From positions 1 through 40,418 of the IMG/VR virus record IMGVR_UViG_3300033067_000326: a DNA stretch of 40,418 nt. One strand, given 5' to 3'. This DNA is from a virus (Duplodnaviria; Caudoviricetes). The stretch's first letter is position 1; each line of letters begins with the position of its first letter. The notes beneath the pieces are model-generated. The model searched no databases. It was not told the origin of the DNA and saw nothing but the letters and a program-made list of their open reading frames with translations. The position numbers and the translations under genes were made by a program. This document shows positions 19,781-28,999 of the stretch, piece by piece.

Positions 19781-20211
19781 GCAAGTATGCCCAGGGCAAA
19801 TTCCAAATGAAAAATCCTGAGAAGTATGTGGGCAATAAAACACCTACGTACCGAAGCAGTTGGGAATTTATGTTTATGAATATGTGTGATAACAATCCGT
19901 CTATCATGCAATGGGCAAGTGAAGCAATTCACATTAATTATAGAAATCCGCTAACAAATAGAAGCACAATTTATGTGCCCGACTTTCTGATTGTGTATGT
20001 CGATGCTAGCGGAAAACAGCATGCAGAAGTGATTGAAGTAAAACCCACTAAGGAAACTAGCTTAAAAGAAGCCGGTCGCAGCCCAAGAGCACAGGCCGCA
20101 GCAATTGTGAATATGGCTAAATGGGAAGCTGCTAGGGCCTGGTGTAAGCAGCAGGGATTAGTGTTTAGAGTAGTAACAGAAAACGATATCTTCCATCAGG
20201 GAACCAAATAA
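19777..20211 (+). CDS. gp4: Head completion nuclease (T4 gp4/TnsA-like PD-(D/E)xK)
   Basis: NPEKY.G, YRSSWE, WASE, YVPDF, IEVKP, VNMAKWEAA..WC, F.V.TE. Confidence 0.85.
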   Translation: MSKYAQGKFQMKNPEKYVGNKTPTYRSSWEFMFMNMCDNNPSIMQWASEAIHINYRNPLTNRSTIYVPDFLIVYVDASGKQHAEVIEVKPTKETSLKEAGRSPRAQAAAIVNMAKWEAARAWCKQQGLVFRVVTENDIFHQGTK

Positions 20212-20219
20212 ATATCGTT

Positions 20220-20726
20220 ATGACTAAAAAATTAGAAGAGCTCTTCAATCTGCCGCCTACTAAAACTGCACCAGACATGACAGTAGCAGAGGCAGTGGCA
20301 TTCACAGAAGAAAACAAAGACATTATCGCTCAAGTTGACGATGCAATTGACAAAATTGATGCTAGCTTACCACTAGTTAGGGACTTAGAAGCAGGCGACG
20401 AAGAGCTCGATGAGCTAGCAAAATTGGCCAAGGATAAGTTTGAAGACCTAATGGACTTGGGCATGAACGTTGATCCTCGTTTCGGGGGCCCGATTATGCA
20501 AACAGCAGGGGTGTTGCTAGGACATGCAATTAGCGCCAAGACTGCCAAAATGGATAAGAAGCTGAAAATGATTCAGCTACAGTTACAAAAAGCCAAATTC
20601 GATCATCAAGTTAAAAAGGACTCTGCTAAAGGCGGCGACGATGATGAACCAATTGACGGCAAGGGAATGGTATTAGATCGTAATGCATTGCTTGCTCAGA
20701 TTCTGGAAAAGAATAAGAAACAATAA
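20220..20726 (+). CDS. Putative terminase small subunit (gp16-like)
   Basis: Helical 168 aa with LMDLGM..DPR....MQ.A..LL pattern reminiscent of T4-type TerS; in packaging region. Confidence 0.45.
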   Translation: MTKKLEELFNLPPTKTAPDMTVAEAVAFTEENKDIIAQVDDAIDKIDASLPLVRDLEAGDEELDELAKLAKDKFEDLMDLGMNVDPRFGGPIMQTAGVLLGHAISAKTAKMDKKLKMIQLQLQKAKFDHQVKKDSAKGGDDDEPIDGKGMVLDRNALLAQILEKNKKQ

Positions 20727-20747
20727 ATATACAATACAGGAACGACT

Positions 20748-21341
20748 ATGAAACCCTACCAACAATACATTTTTGAAATTAACAAGGTATACGAATACCG
20801 TGTTAAAATTGCTGGTACTAACCCAACTGGTGAAGTTATGGAGCGTATTAAGAACGCCCTAGATGCATATTGTGTTGAGTCAGTAACTACAGCAAAAAGT
20901 ATCCCAATCCAAGAACACAAAGACTTTCCAAAGTTAGGCCCAACTGAGTGCTGGATCTTTGAAGTAGCAGTTAAGTACCCAACTACATCAAACCAATTGC
21001 GCCAATTAATTAAAGAACGTGCTGGCATTAACCCAGAGTGCGTTTGCGTTTATGGCAAAAACGAGTACGACTTCAACGAAGAATTTGAAGCACATGGCAA
21101 AGACCACGAAGGTAGCTTACTAGAGCAACCAGAACTTAAAGCTGACGAAGGTGGGCAAGAGTTAGTGGGTAAAAGTCGTTTTGACAGCTTGCTAAAAGAG
21201 CTATCTAGCCGCACATATGAATTCGCTGCAAAAAGCGAAGCAGATGGCAAAACCACAGACACAGAATCTCCAGCAGCAAAGAGTCCTGTTGGCAGCACAC
21301 AAGTTAAATTACCAACTCCACCTAAAGGATCAGTACGATGA
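20748..21341 (+). CDS. Hypothetical protein (late, probably head-associated)
   Basis: 197 aa, AGGA RBS, ATAAATA at 20723-29. Confidence 0.7.
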   Translation: MKPYQQYIFEINKVYEYRVKIAGTNPTGEVMERIKNALDAYCVESVTTAKSIPIQEHKDFPKLGPTECWIFEVAVKYPTTSNQLRQLIKERAGINPECVCVYGKNEYDFNEEFEAHGKDHEGSLLEQPELKADEGGQELVGKSRFDSLLKELSSRTYEFAAKSEADGKTTDTESPAAKSPVGSTQVKLPTPPKGSVR

Positions 21342-23389
21342 GCAACAGTAACGGAATGTATAACGTTCTAAACATTTTTAAAAAATTAGCACCTAAGCAA
21401 GAAGTAACTGCTAAGGAAGAAGCACAAAAGATCTACGAAAGCGTAGAATCTAAAGGTAGTATCCTTGAAGGTGTTGCTCGTGTCGAAGGCAAGCTAAAAG
21501 AGCAATTTGCTGCAATGAAAGAGGGCGAAGGCCAGGCAGCATTAAAGAAACAAAAGAACAAGTATAATCAAGCAGCCAAAGATTCTCGCGATGATCAGGC
21601 AGGATTTGGTAAAAAGATTGATGATAATAAAAAAGGTCTTCGCGCCAAGGATGTGGACAAAACCGTAGCAGAAGCTAACATTGTTCACAAAGGCACATAC
21701 GGCAACGATTATGATCTGGACGCTGATGGCAACGAAAAGCCAAAAGCTAAAGCTAAGAACCCAGACGGCCAACGCGGTCGTCCAAAGGCAGAAAAGCCAG
21801 CAGAGTACACTAAGAGTCACGATCTGTTTGGCCGTGTTGCTGACACAGCACACAAAGGTGCCAAGGGTACTAAAGTTGCTGGTAAAGCAATGGCAGAAAA
21901 CGAACAAGCTGGAAAAGTTGAAGCACATGGCGTATCTGGAATGAAATCCAAGCCATGGCGCAAAGTGTTTGCTAGCCAGCAAGCGTTTGAAAAATGGTTA
22001 GAGAAGAACGAAGGCAACGTAGAAGTACACGGCACTCGTGAACTTAAAGGTGCAGATGCTACTTTCCGCGAATCTGCAGACTACGGCAATTTAGAAAATG
22101 AATACTACTATGTGATTGACACTCAAACTGGTAAAGTCATTGATGGCCCATTTGATAACGTTGGTGAAGTTCCATTACGACTAATGGGATTTGACGGTGG
22201 TCATAAAGTTGTAAAAGGTGCAGAATTGAAGGGCGTGGCAGAGGCTTCGTCACGCAAATCGGCTAAGAATCCTTATGCAATTGGCATGGCAGCAGCCATG
22301 AAGAGCACTGGCGACAAGCCGCCATTGAAGAAAAGCACTATTAACAAAGCACACAAGATTGCCAAGCAAGTTAACGAAGGTATCAACTTCTCGGACTTGA
22401 TGAAAGAAACTGAATCTGGTGTTAGCGAAATGTTAGCTGAATTGCAACGTGACATCCAGGAGTACAAAGCAACTGGTAACGCTAGCGACAAGCTAGAAGC
22501 GTTCTTAAAGATTCACCACCATGGTAAGAAGCAACTTAAAGACGCTGTTCGCCCAGAAAACATTCCTGCGGTACAACGTAAGCAAGCTGGCCAAGATTTC
22601 CCTGCTAGCTTAGATCAAGTGTTCGCTCCTGGTGATAACATCAGCGATCTACGTAATATGCGTACATCCACTGGGCGCGACCCAGAGACAGGACGTCCAC
22701 AAGGTCTAGACGAGTTAGCTAAACTTGCTGGCTTGACTTTAGAAGGCAAAGCTGATAAAGACTATGACAAAGACGGCAAAATTGAAGACGAAAAGGATGA
22801 GGTCATTGGATCTCGTCGTAAGGCTGCTGGGCTAGATGAAGCCAAGCCCGACTTTCTTGACGTTGACAAAGATGGCGATAAGAAAGAGCCAATGAAAAAA
22901 GCTCTTGCTGATAAAGAAAAAGTCGACGAGGGCATGGGCGTAATGGGTTGTGCAGCAGACAGCATGGAACAACAGCAAGGCCGTATCAATGTTAGCACCA
23001 ACATGAGCAGCGATGGTAACAAGAATGTTAACATCAGCGCCGATGGTGATGCAGCTGATCAGTTAATGGCTATGCTAAAAATGGCAGGGTTAGGTGGCGG
23101 ACAGACTGCTACCAAACTAGCTATTGCTGTTCCTGCAGATAGCGGCGCAGGCGAGCCAGAGATTGAAATGGAAGAAACTGAGCAGTATGCAAATACGCCA
23201 GCTGAAGAATACGAAGGTATTGATGCTATTGTTAACCAAGGCGACGATATGAATCGCCAAAAGAAGCAATACGCGGATAAACCTAAAGCCGGCGATAACC
23301 CAATGGCAACGCAAGAAGCTATGGATCCAATTAAAAACTTGGGTCGTGATTTGATGGCTGAATACCAATCGTTAAAATTGCAAAAATGA
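21338..23389 (+). CDS. Large modular charged protein, probable internal head polyprotein
   Basis: 683 aa; repeated hydrophobic-x-E junctions, RGRPK, three DxDxDG motifs, two [L/M]AGL helices. Confidence 0.6.
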   Translation: MSNSNGMYNVLNIFKKLAPKQEVTAKEEAQKIYESVESKGSILEGVARVEGKLKEQFAAMKEGEGQAALKKQKNKYNQAAKDSRDDQAGFGKKIDDNKKGLRAKDVDKTVAEANIVHKGTYGNDYDLDADGNEKPKAKAKNPDGQRGRPKAEKPAEYTKSHDLFGRVADTAHKGAKGTKVAGKAMAENEQAGKVEAHGVSGMKSKPWRKVFASQQAFEKWLEKNEGNVEVHGTRELKGADATFRESADYGNLENEYYYVIDTQTGKVIDGPFDNVGEVPLRLMGFDGGHKVVKGAELKGVAEASSRKSAKNPYAIGMAAAMKSTGDKPPLKKSTINKAHKIAKQVNEGINFSDLMKETESGVSEMLAELQRDIQEYKATGNASDKLEAFLKIHHHGKKQLKDAVRPENIPAVQRKQAGQDFPASLDQVFAPGDNISDLRNMRTSTGRDPETGRPQGLDELAKLAGLTLEGKADKDYDKDGKIEDEKDEVIGSRRKAAGLDEAKPDFLDVDKDGDKKEPMKKALADKEKVDEGMGVMGCAADSMEQQQGRINVSTNMSSDGNKNVNISADGDAADQLMAMLKMAGLGGGQTATKLAIAVPADSGAGEPEIEMEETEQYANTPAEEYEGIDAIVNQGDDMNRQKKQYADKPKAGDNPMATQEAMDPIKNLGRDLMAEYQSLKLQK

Positions 23390-23766
23390 AAATTAACGAA
23401 GTTATTGTAGAAACCAGAGCTGGTAAAGTACCTGATGCGTACAAAGAAGCCAGCACTGGTCTACAAACATTTAGCGACAAAGAAGGTACCAACACTGATT
23501 ACACACATTATCGTTTGGGGCTAGCACTAGCTAGCGCCGACGGTAAAAGTCCGTTAGTGGATATGGACCCAAAGTCGTTTTATGGTAAAAAGCACACTGC
23601 ACATCCATACACTCAAGAAGAAGTTGAGATGCTAAAACAAGCATACAGAACTGTTGGTGCGAGTGTCGACGATTTGAATAACGGTAACCTAAATAGCTTA
23701 GAATTGCCAGACACAAATAAGTCGAGTACCACAGCTAAACCCAAGAAAAACCGTTACGGCGTCTAA
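23386..23766 (+). CDS. Hypothetical protein, probable internal head protein
   Basis: MKINEVIVE N-terminus like ORF 11022. Confidence 0.65.
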   Translation: MKINEVIVETRAGKVPDAYKEASTGLQTFSDKEGTNTDYTHYRLGLALASADGKSPLVDMDPKSFYGKKHTAHPYTQEEVEMLKQAYRTVGASVDDLNNGNLNSLELPDTNKSSTTAKPKKNRYGV

Positions 23767-24119
23767 TGAGAGAACGCAGATTTACTAGTGCAGATTACGT
23801 CCAAAGCAGTCAAGGGGAACCTGATGCAGTTATGGATTCGGCCGATCTAGCTAGAATATATCAATTGGCAGGAATTCCCGGACAGGGTATTGCAGAGGAT
23901 AAAAATGTTGCCGGGCAACTAAGTCCTGTAGGTAGCAACCCTAGCGAAACTGCCGCAGAATTACATAGACTCGAAAAACAACACCACATTAAGCCAGGCA
24001 CTCCGGAATGGTTCCAGTTGTGGTTCTCTAAACCGTACCTAACAGGCGAAAAGCCTGTGGGCAAAACTGCACCCACAGGCAATACGCTTTTCTCTAAGCC
24101 CGGAACGGGCAGTAATTAA
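23766..24119 (+). CDS. Hypothetical protein
   Basis: 117 aa; LARIYQLAGI, IKPGTPEWFQLWFSKPYLTGE. Confidence 0.7.
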   Translation: MRERRFTSADYVQSSQGEPDAVMDSADLARIYQLAGIPGQGIAEDKNVAGQLSPVGSNPSETAAELHRLEKQHHIKPGTPEWFQLWFSKPYLTGEKPVGKTAPTGNTLFSKPGTGSN

Positions 24120-24649
24120 CCGTTAGCGACTTGGCGATCAAGGCCCAAGTACTGTAGCCAGCTAGGATGGCCTACATGAATCGGGCGATCTTTCCAAGTT
24201 TTAATCAAGCTGTGATAGCTAGGCTTAAATGGCATACGCAGAGGCTTCTGCAATTTGTGGCCTTTTTTGCTGTTACATGCTTTGCAGCTAGTTACGCAGT
24301 TTTCCCAGTTAGTCCCACCGCCCATAACACGTGGAATCACGTGGTCAATGGTTAGTTCGCCGTTGGGGAAAGTGTCACCGCAATACATGCATTGGTACAG
24401 GTCACGCAAATACAAATTGTGGCGACTGAACTTTACACCCTTCTTAAAATTGTAGTAATCCTTTGTAACCGCAACCGCAGGCACATTGATACTCATGTGT
24501 TCGCTGCGAATTACGCGATCTTCGTAGGATTCCAAGATCGTAATACGATCAAGGAAGTGCAATTTTAATGCATGCTGCCAGCCGATAACGCTCAGCGGCA
24601 AAATGCTGATTGGTTGGTGGTCTGCGTTAAGCAATAGTGTGTCTGCCAT
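24116..24649 (-). CDS. HNH endonuclease (McrA-like)
   Basis: LLLNAD..P, RDLYQCMYCG, TIDHVIPR..GG...WEN.VTSC..CN.KKG. Confidence 0.9.
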   Translation of the reverse strand: MADTLLLNADHQPISILPLSVIGWQHALKLHFLDRITILESYEDRVIRSEHMSINVPAVAVTKDYYNFKKGVKFSRHNLYLRDLYQCMYCGDTFPNGELTIDHVIPRVMGGGTNWENCVTSCKACNSKKGHKLQKPLRMPFKPSYHSLIKTWKDRPIHVGHPSWLQYLGLDRQVANG

Positions 24650-24696
24650 TTCATTCTCTTTTCGAAGTTAAAAGACCCAATGTATTTAACCTTTAC

Positions 24697-24725
24697 AGTT
24701 TAGCATATATGGATATATAGGTCAA
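24697..24725 (-). promoter_or_regulatory. Sigma70-like promoter for HNH gene
   Basis: Minus strand TTGACC-17 nt-TAAACT. Confidence 0.5.
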
Positions 24726-24765
24726 CCAAAATATACATAAACTGCACATATTATGTAAATACAGT

Positions 24766-26334
24766 ATGAGCAAAGACATGGAAAATTCTATTGTAAAGAC
24801 GCCTTACCAAAAGACGTCTTACACAGAGCTGCAAATCTTAGAATTTGCAAAATGTTCCGACCCAGTAACTGGACCTGAATATTTTATGGACAACTACTTC
24901 TACATCCAGCACCCTACTAAGGGTAAGATGTTGTATCACCCGTTTGATTACCAAAAGAAGTTGATCCACAACTATCACAACTACCGATTCTCTATTAGTT
25001 TGATGCCACGTCAAACTGGTAAATCAACAAGTGCAGCCGGATACTTACTTTGGTATGCTATGTTTGTGCCGGACAGCACAATTCTAATTGCAGCGCACAA
25101 ATACACGGGCGCCCAGGAAATTATGCAGCGTATCCGTTATGCATACGAACTGTGCCCAGACTTTATTAGAGCAGGGGCAACCAGTTACAACAAAGGATCG
25201 ATTGACTTTGAAAACGGGTCACGTATTGTATCGCAGACAACCACAGAAACAACTGGTCGTGGTATGTCTATTTCCCTACTATACGCTGACGAATTTGCAT
25301 TCGTTCGACCCACCATTGCTAAAGAGTTCTGGACTTCCATTTCGCCAACATTAAGCACTGGCGGTAAGGCGATTATTACATCGACTCCAAACAGTGACGA
25401 AGACCAATTTGCGTTAATTTGGAAGGGCGCAAACAAGCGCATTGATGAGTTTGGTAACGAAACCGAACTTGGCACAAATGGATTCCGTGCATACCAGGCG
25501 AACTGGTGGGAACATCCAGATCGTGACGAACAATGGAAAGCAGAAGAAATTGGACGTATTGGTGAAGAACGTTTCCGTCGTGAACACGGTTGCGAGTTCT
25601 TGATCTATGACGAAACCTTAATTAACGCTACCACACTAATTGAAATGGCTGGCATTGACCCAATTGAGCGCCAAGGCCAAGTTCGTTGGTACAAGAAACC
25701 AGACAGAGACAAAACGTATGTGGTTGCACTTGATCCCAGCTTAGGTACAGGTGGAGATCCGGCAGCGATACAGGTACTAGAGCTACCATCGCTTAAACAG
25801 GTTGGGGAATGGCAGCACAACAAGACTCCGGTCCAGCGACAGATTGTTATCCTTAAGGAGATCTGTAACTATCTTTATGAGTGCGTTGGGACTGAAAATA
25901 GCATTTACTACAGCGTAGAAAACAATACACTTGGCGAAGCAGCATTGCTAAGTATTGCTGAAGTAGGGGAAGAAAACATTCGTGGAATTTTCCTCAGCGA
26001 GCCATATAAATCGGGCGGTAGTCGCAGTCACAGAAAAGGTTTCACAACAACAAACAAGAGCAAGCTAGCGGTGTGTGCTAAGTTTAAGAGTTTAGTTGAG
26101 CAAAAGAAACTGGTAATTGCCAGTAAGAATCTTATTTCGGAATTGAAGACGTTTGTTGCAATGGGCAACAGCTATGAGGGCAAAGTAGGAGAAACGGACG
26201 ACCTAGTAATGTCAATGATGCTAGCAGTTCGAATGGTACAAGCGCTGCAAAGCTACGATGCACAGCTAGACGAGCATGTAAAGGATATGGACGAGTACAT
26301 TCAGCCAATGCCCTTCATAATGAGTATGGGCTAA
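24766..26334 (+). CDS. gp17: Terminase large subunit (T4 gp17-like)
   Basis: PFDYQ, PRQTGKST Walker A, LLYADEFAFV Walker B, ITSTPN, VALDPS.G.G.D nuclease motif, DDLVM. Confidence 0.95.
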   Translation: MSKDMENSIVKTPYQKTSYTELQILEFAKCSDPVTGPEYFMDNYFYIQHPTKGKMLYHPFDYQKKLIHNYHNYRFSISLMPRQTGKSTSAAGYLLWYAMFVPDSTILIAAHKYTGAQEIMQRIRYAYELCPDFIRAGATSYNKGSIDFENGSRIVSQTTTETTGRGMSISLLYADEFAFVRPTIAKEFWTSISPTLSTGGKAIITSTPNSDEDQFALIWKGANKRIDEFGNETELGTNGFRAYQANWWEHPDRDEQWKAEEIGRIGEERFRREHGCEFLIYDETLINATTLIEMAGIDPIERQGQVRWYKKPDRDKTYVVALDPSLGTGGDPAAIQVLELPSLKQVGEWQHNKTPVQRQIVILKEICNYLYECVGTENSIYYSVENNTLGEAALLSIAEVGEENIRGIFLSEPYKSGGSRSHRKGFTTTNKSKLAVCAKFKSLVEQKKLVIASKNLISELKTFVAMGNSYEGKVGETDDLVMSMMLAVRMVQALQSYDAQLDEHVKDMDEYIQPMPFIMSMG

Positions 26335-26356
26335 ATACACTAATATAGGTTTTACT

Positions 26357-27784
26357 ATGCGCGAATTAGACAAAATTGCAGAGAATTTATTTGATAAGAT
26401 CCGTACTCGATTCGAGAACTTGAGTCTCGGGGACGAAAATGCCAAACGAACAGATAGCCCTGAGCAGGCCCGTTTCTTTAACTTTGATTACGTTGACAAG
26501 AATGGCAAGAACTACGGAAACGTAACCATTAGCATTATCGACGAAACAGGACTCAAAGTTTACTACAGTAAGAACATTACTGATGGACTAGAGGACGAAG
26601 AACAAGATCAGTGGTTTACCTTCCTAAAGAGTCTTAGAACTTTTGCCAAAACTAACCTGTTGAGCTTTGACGTTCGTGACATTAATAAGAGCAATTTGGA
26701 TCTACGTGATCTAAAGCAACAAAGCCGTTCGGATAGTACATACACTGATCAAGACGTTACTATGACTGAAAGCCGTATGTGGGGCACAAGCCGTAGCAGC
26801 TACCAAGAAATGGGTCCTGCTAAGATTATTGTACGTCACAGTGATAACGTTAGCGACGAGAAACGTGGCGATCGTAGCCGTAAAATTGAGTCAGTATTCA
26901 TTGAAAACAGCGTAGGCGAACGCCGTTTGCTAAACACCAAAAACCTACATGCAGCCCGTGCAATGGCACGACATGTAAGCGAAGGTGGTAACATTGACGA
27001 TGACATTGGATGCAGTATTTTAGAAATGGCACAGGAAATGGGTGCAATGGCCCATTTTGTACGCGAAGCAAAACGTCGCCAATTTGAAGATGCCGAAACT
27101 GGACAAATGGCCAATGCCGCAGTTGCTCGCTATGCAGAACTAAAAAATCAGCTAAAGCACTTGGGCGGCCGCAGAGGATACAGCAGCTATAAACTGGACT
27201 TTGCCCCAACTGAAGCAATTGAAGACACAATTGACGTTGATGCATTGCGTGAGCGCTTTGTTAAGAAGATCTACGACGACCGTTTCAATGATGCGTTACC
27301 GTACGTGTATCGAGCATACCAAAAGAACAAAACTCCAATGGGCGAAGAGTTTGAGTCTTGGGCCAATGATATTTCAGAAGATGGATTTGAGTCTGACGAC
27401 GAAGAACGCCAAGCGCTTGAGACTCTAATGTCTAAGCCATTGCATGCTGGTCAAGACGGGGTCGATGCACACCATGCTATTAGTAGAGTCTTTGATGCAG
27501 AGAGTCTACAAGCAGAGCTAACTAAATTGGCTAGAGTGCAAGGTCCGGATGCTGACGCACGCCAAACTGTGCTTGACTGGATGAAAGGCAACGGAATGAG
27601 TATTGTTGCTGGGGAGATTCAAGCTAAGTTACAGCAGCAAAGTGCATCCCAAACACCGCCTGCACCGGCGCAACCTGCACCGCAACCAGCTCCTGCTCCA
27701 GCTCCTGCTAGCACAGCCCCTGTTACAGCAGAATCTTCGGATCCGTTGGACTTTATGAAACGGCTTGCAGGCCTAGTCAGATAA
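26357..27784 (+). CDS. Conserved jumbo-phage protein, probably head-associated
   Basis: 475 aa, CTAAATA at 26331-37; Pro/Ala linker then C-terminal DFMKRLAGL. Confidence 0.7.
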   Translation: MRELDKIAENLFDKIRTRFENLSLGDENAKRTDSPEQARFFNFDYVDKNGKNYGNVTISIIDETGLKVYYSKNITDGLEDEEQDQWFTFLKSLRTFAKTNLLSFDVRDINKSNLDLRDLKQQSRSDSTYTDQDVTMTESRMWGTSRSSYQEMGPAKIIVRHSDNVSDEKRGDRSRKIESVFIENSVGERRLLNTKNLHAARAMARHVSEGGNIDDDIGCSILEMAQEMGAMAHFVREAKRRQFEDAETGQMANAAVARYAELKNQLKHLGGRRGYSSYKLDFAPTEAIEDTIDVDALRERFVKKIYDDRFNDALPYVYRAYQKNKTPMGEEFESWANDISEDGFESDDEERQALETLMSKPLHAGQDGVDAHHAISRVFDAESLQAELTKLARVQGPDADARQTVLDWMKGNGMSIVAGEIQAKLQQQSASQTPPAPAQPAPQPAPAPAPASTAPVTAESSDPLDFMKRLAGLVR

Positions 27785-27803
27785 CGCCAAAAAGCGTTTC
27801 ACC

Positions 27804-27833
27804 AAAGGCACAGAAATTTGTGCCTTTTCTTTT
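27804..27833 (+). terminator. Intrinsic terminator
   Basis: AAAGGCACAG-AAA-TTTGTGCCTTT then TCTTTT. Confidence 0.7.
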
Positions 27834-27861
27834 GACTTGGCTAAATACATTATCATATACT
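27832..27861 (+). promoter_or_regulatory. Overlapping sigma70-like and late promoters for gp32
   Basis: TTGACT-18 nt-TATACT with CTAAATA (27841-47) in the spacer. Confidence 0.55.
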
Positions 27862-27927
27862 AGCGACTGTGCTGTTATATGATTAGGCACTTAAAAGACC
27901 ATCTTAATTTATTAAAGGAAATACATC

Positions 27928-28938
27928 ATGGCAATGACATTAGCAGAAATTCGCGCAAAACTACAAGCATCCGAGAACCGCAAAGGCGGCGATCGACCAC
28001 AAGGCGATAACGCCATTTACGCACACTGGAACATTCCAGAAAACACAACAGCTCGCGTAAGATTCCTCCCCGACGCAGACACTAAAAACTCATTCTTCTG
28101 GGTTGAACGTGCAATGATCAAATTGCCGTTTGCTGGCATCAAAGGCCAGTCAGACAGCAAGCCAGTCACTGTGCAAGTACCTTGCGTTGAAATGTGGGGT
28201 GACGCATGCCCTATCCTTGCAGAAGTTCGCACATGGTTCAAGGACCCGAACCTTGAAGAAATGGGTCGCAAGTACTGGAAGAAACGCAGTTACTTGTTCC
28301 AGGGCTTTGTTCGCGACAATCCGTTGAGCGACGACAAGACTCCGGAAAATCCAATCCGTCGTTTCATCATCAGCCCACAGATCTTTAACTTGATCAAGAA
28401 CGCTTTGATGGATCCAGAAATGGAAAACTTGCCGACTGACTACCAAGGTGGTCTTGATTTCAACATCAAGAAAACCAGCAAAGGTGGTTACGCAGACTAC
28501 AACACTTCTACTTGGGCTCGTAAAGAATCTGCACTTACCGCAGACGAAGCAGGCGCAGTGGAACAACACGGTCTGTACAACTTGGCAGACTTCTTGCCAA
28601 AGCGTCCTGGTGACGTTGAGTTGAAGGTTATGAAGGAAATGTTTGAAGCGTCCGTTGACGGTCAACCATACGATCCAGATCGTTGGGCAAACTACTTCAA
28701 GCCAGCTGGCTTCCAAGGTGGCCAAGGTAGCACTGGTGACGACAGCGAAGCAAAGGCCAAGCCTGTTCCGCAAGCTCGCCCAGCAGTTGCAGCACCTGCA
28801 CCAGTTGCAGAAACTCAACCATGGGAAGACGATGCAGCAGAAGCAGCAGAAGCTCCGGTTGTTACCCCATCCGCAGCCAAGCCAAGCAGCCAACGTGCCG
28901 AAGACATCCTAGCGATGATTCGTAACCGTAAGCAGTAA
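27928..28938 (+). CDS. gp32: Single-stranded DNA-binding protein (T4 gp32-like)
   Basis: RVRFLPD, C.EMWG..CPI, RKYWKKRSY, G.DF.IKK..KGGYADY..S.W; directly upstream of UvsX. Confidence 0.85.
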   Translation: MAMTLAEIRAKLQASENRKGGDRPQGDNAIYAHWNIPENTTARVRFLPDADTKNSFFWVERAMIKLPFAGIKGQSDSKPVTVQVPCVEMWGDACPILAEVRTWFKDPNLEEMGRKYWKKRSYLFQGFVRDNPLSDDKTPENPIRRFIISPQIFNLIKNALMDPEMENLPTDYQGGLDFNIKKTSKGGYADYNTSTWARKESALTADEAGAVEQHGLYNLADFLPKRPGDVELKVMKEMFEASVDGQPYDPDRWANYFKPAGFQGGQGSTGDDSEAKAKPVPQARPAVAAPAPVAETQPWEDDAAEAAEAPVVTPSAAKPSSQRAEDILAMIRNRKQ

Positions 28939-28946
28939 TCTGCACT

Positions 28947-28987
28947 AAGGGGAGTTTAGGTGTGAGCCTAGCTCTCCTTTTATTTTT
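28947..28987 (+). terminator. Probable intrinsic terminator
   Basis: AAGGGGAGTTTAGG...CCTAGCTCTCCTT then T-rich tract. Confidence 0.5.
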
Positions 28988-28999
28988 CAAGGAACAATT

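Noticed and set aside
24116-24649. HNH gene as part of an intron, or TerL containing an intein
   Set aside because: The HNH gene is free-standing on the opposite strand; TerL (522 aa) is continuous with no intein termini.
27655-27725. Short CC(T/A)GC repeats as a DNA repeat or CRISPR array
   Set aside because: They encode a Pro-Ala linker; no regular repeat-spacer array was seen anywhere in the window.
27851-27927. T4 gene 32-type autoregulatory pseudoknot
   Set aside because: A hairpin (ATCATATA/TATATGAT) and AT-rich leader exist, but the hairpin overlaps the -10 box and no convincing second stem was found.
28150-28893. Long antisense ORFs (247 aa here; also 487-1122, 14286-14711, 18620-19072 and others)
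   Set aside because: Fully opposite well-supported genes, with no RBS or motifs; explained by codon bias.
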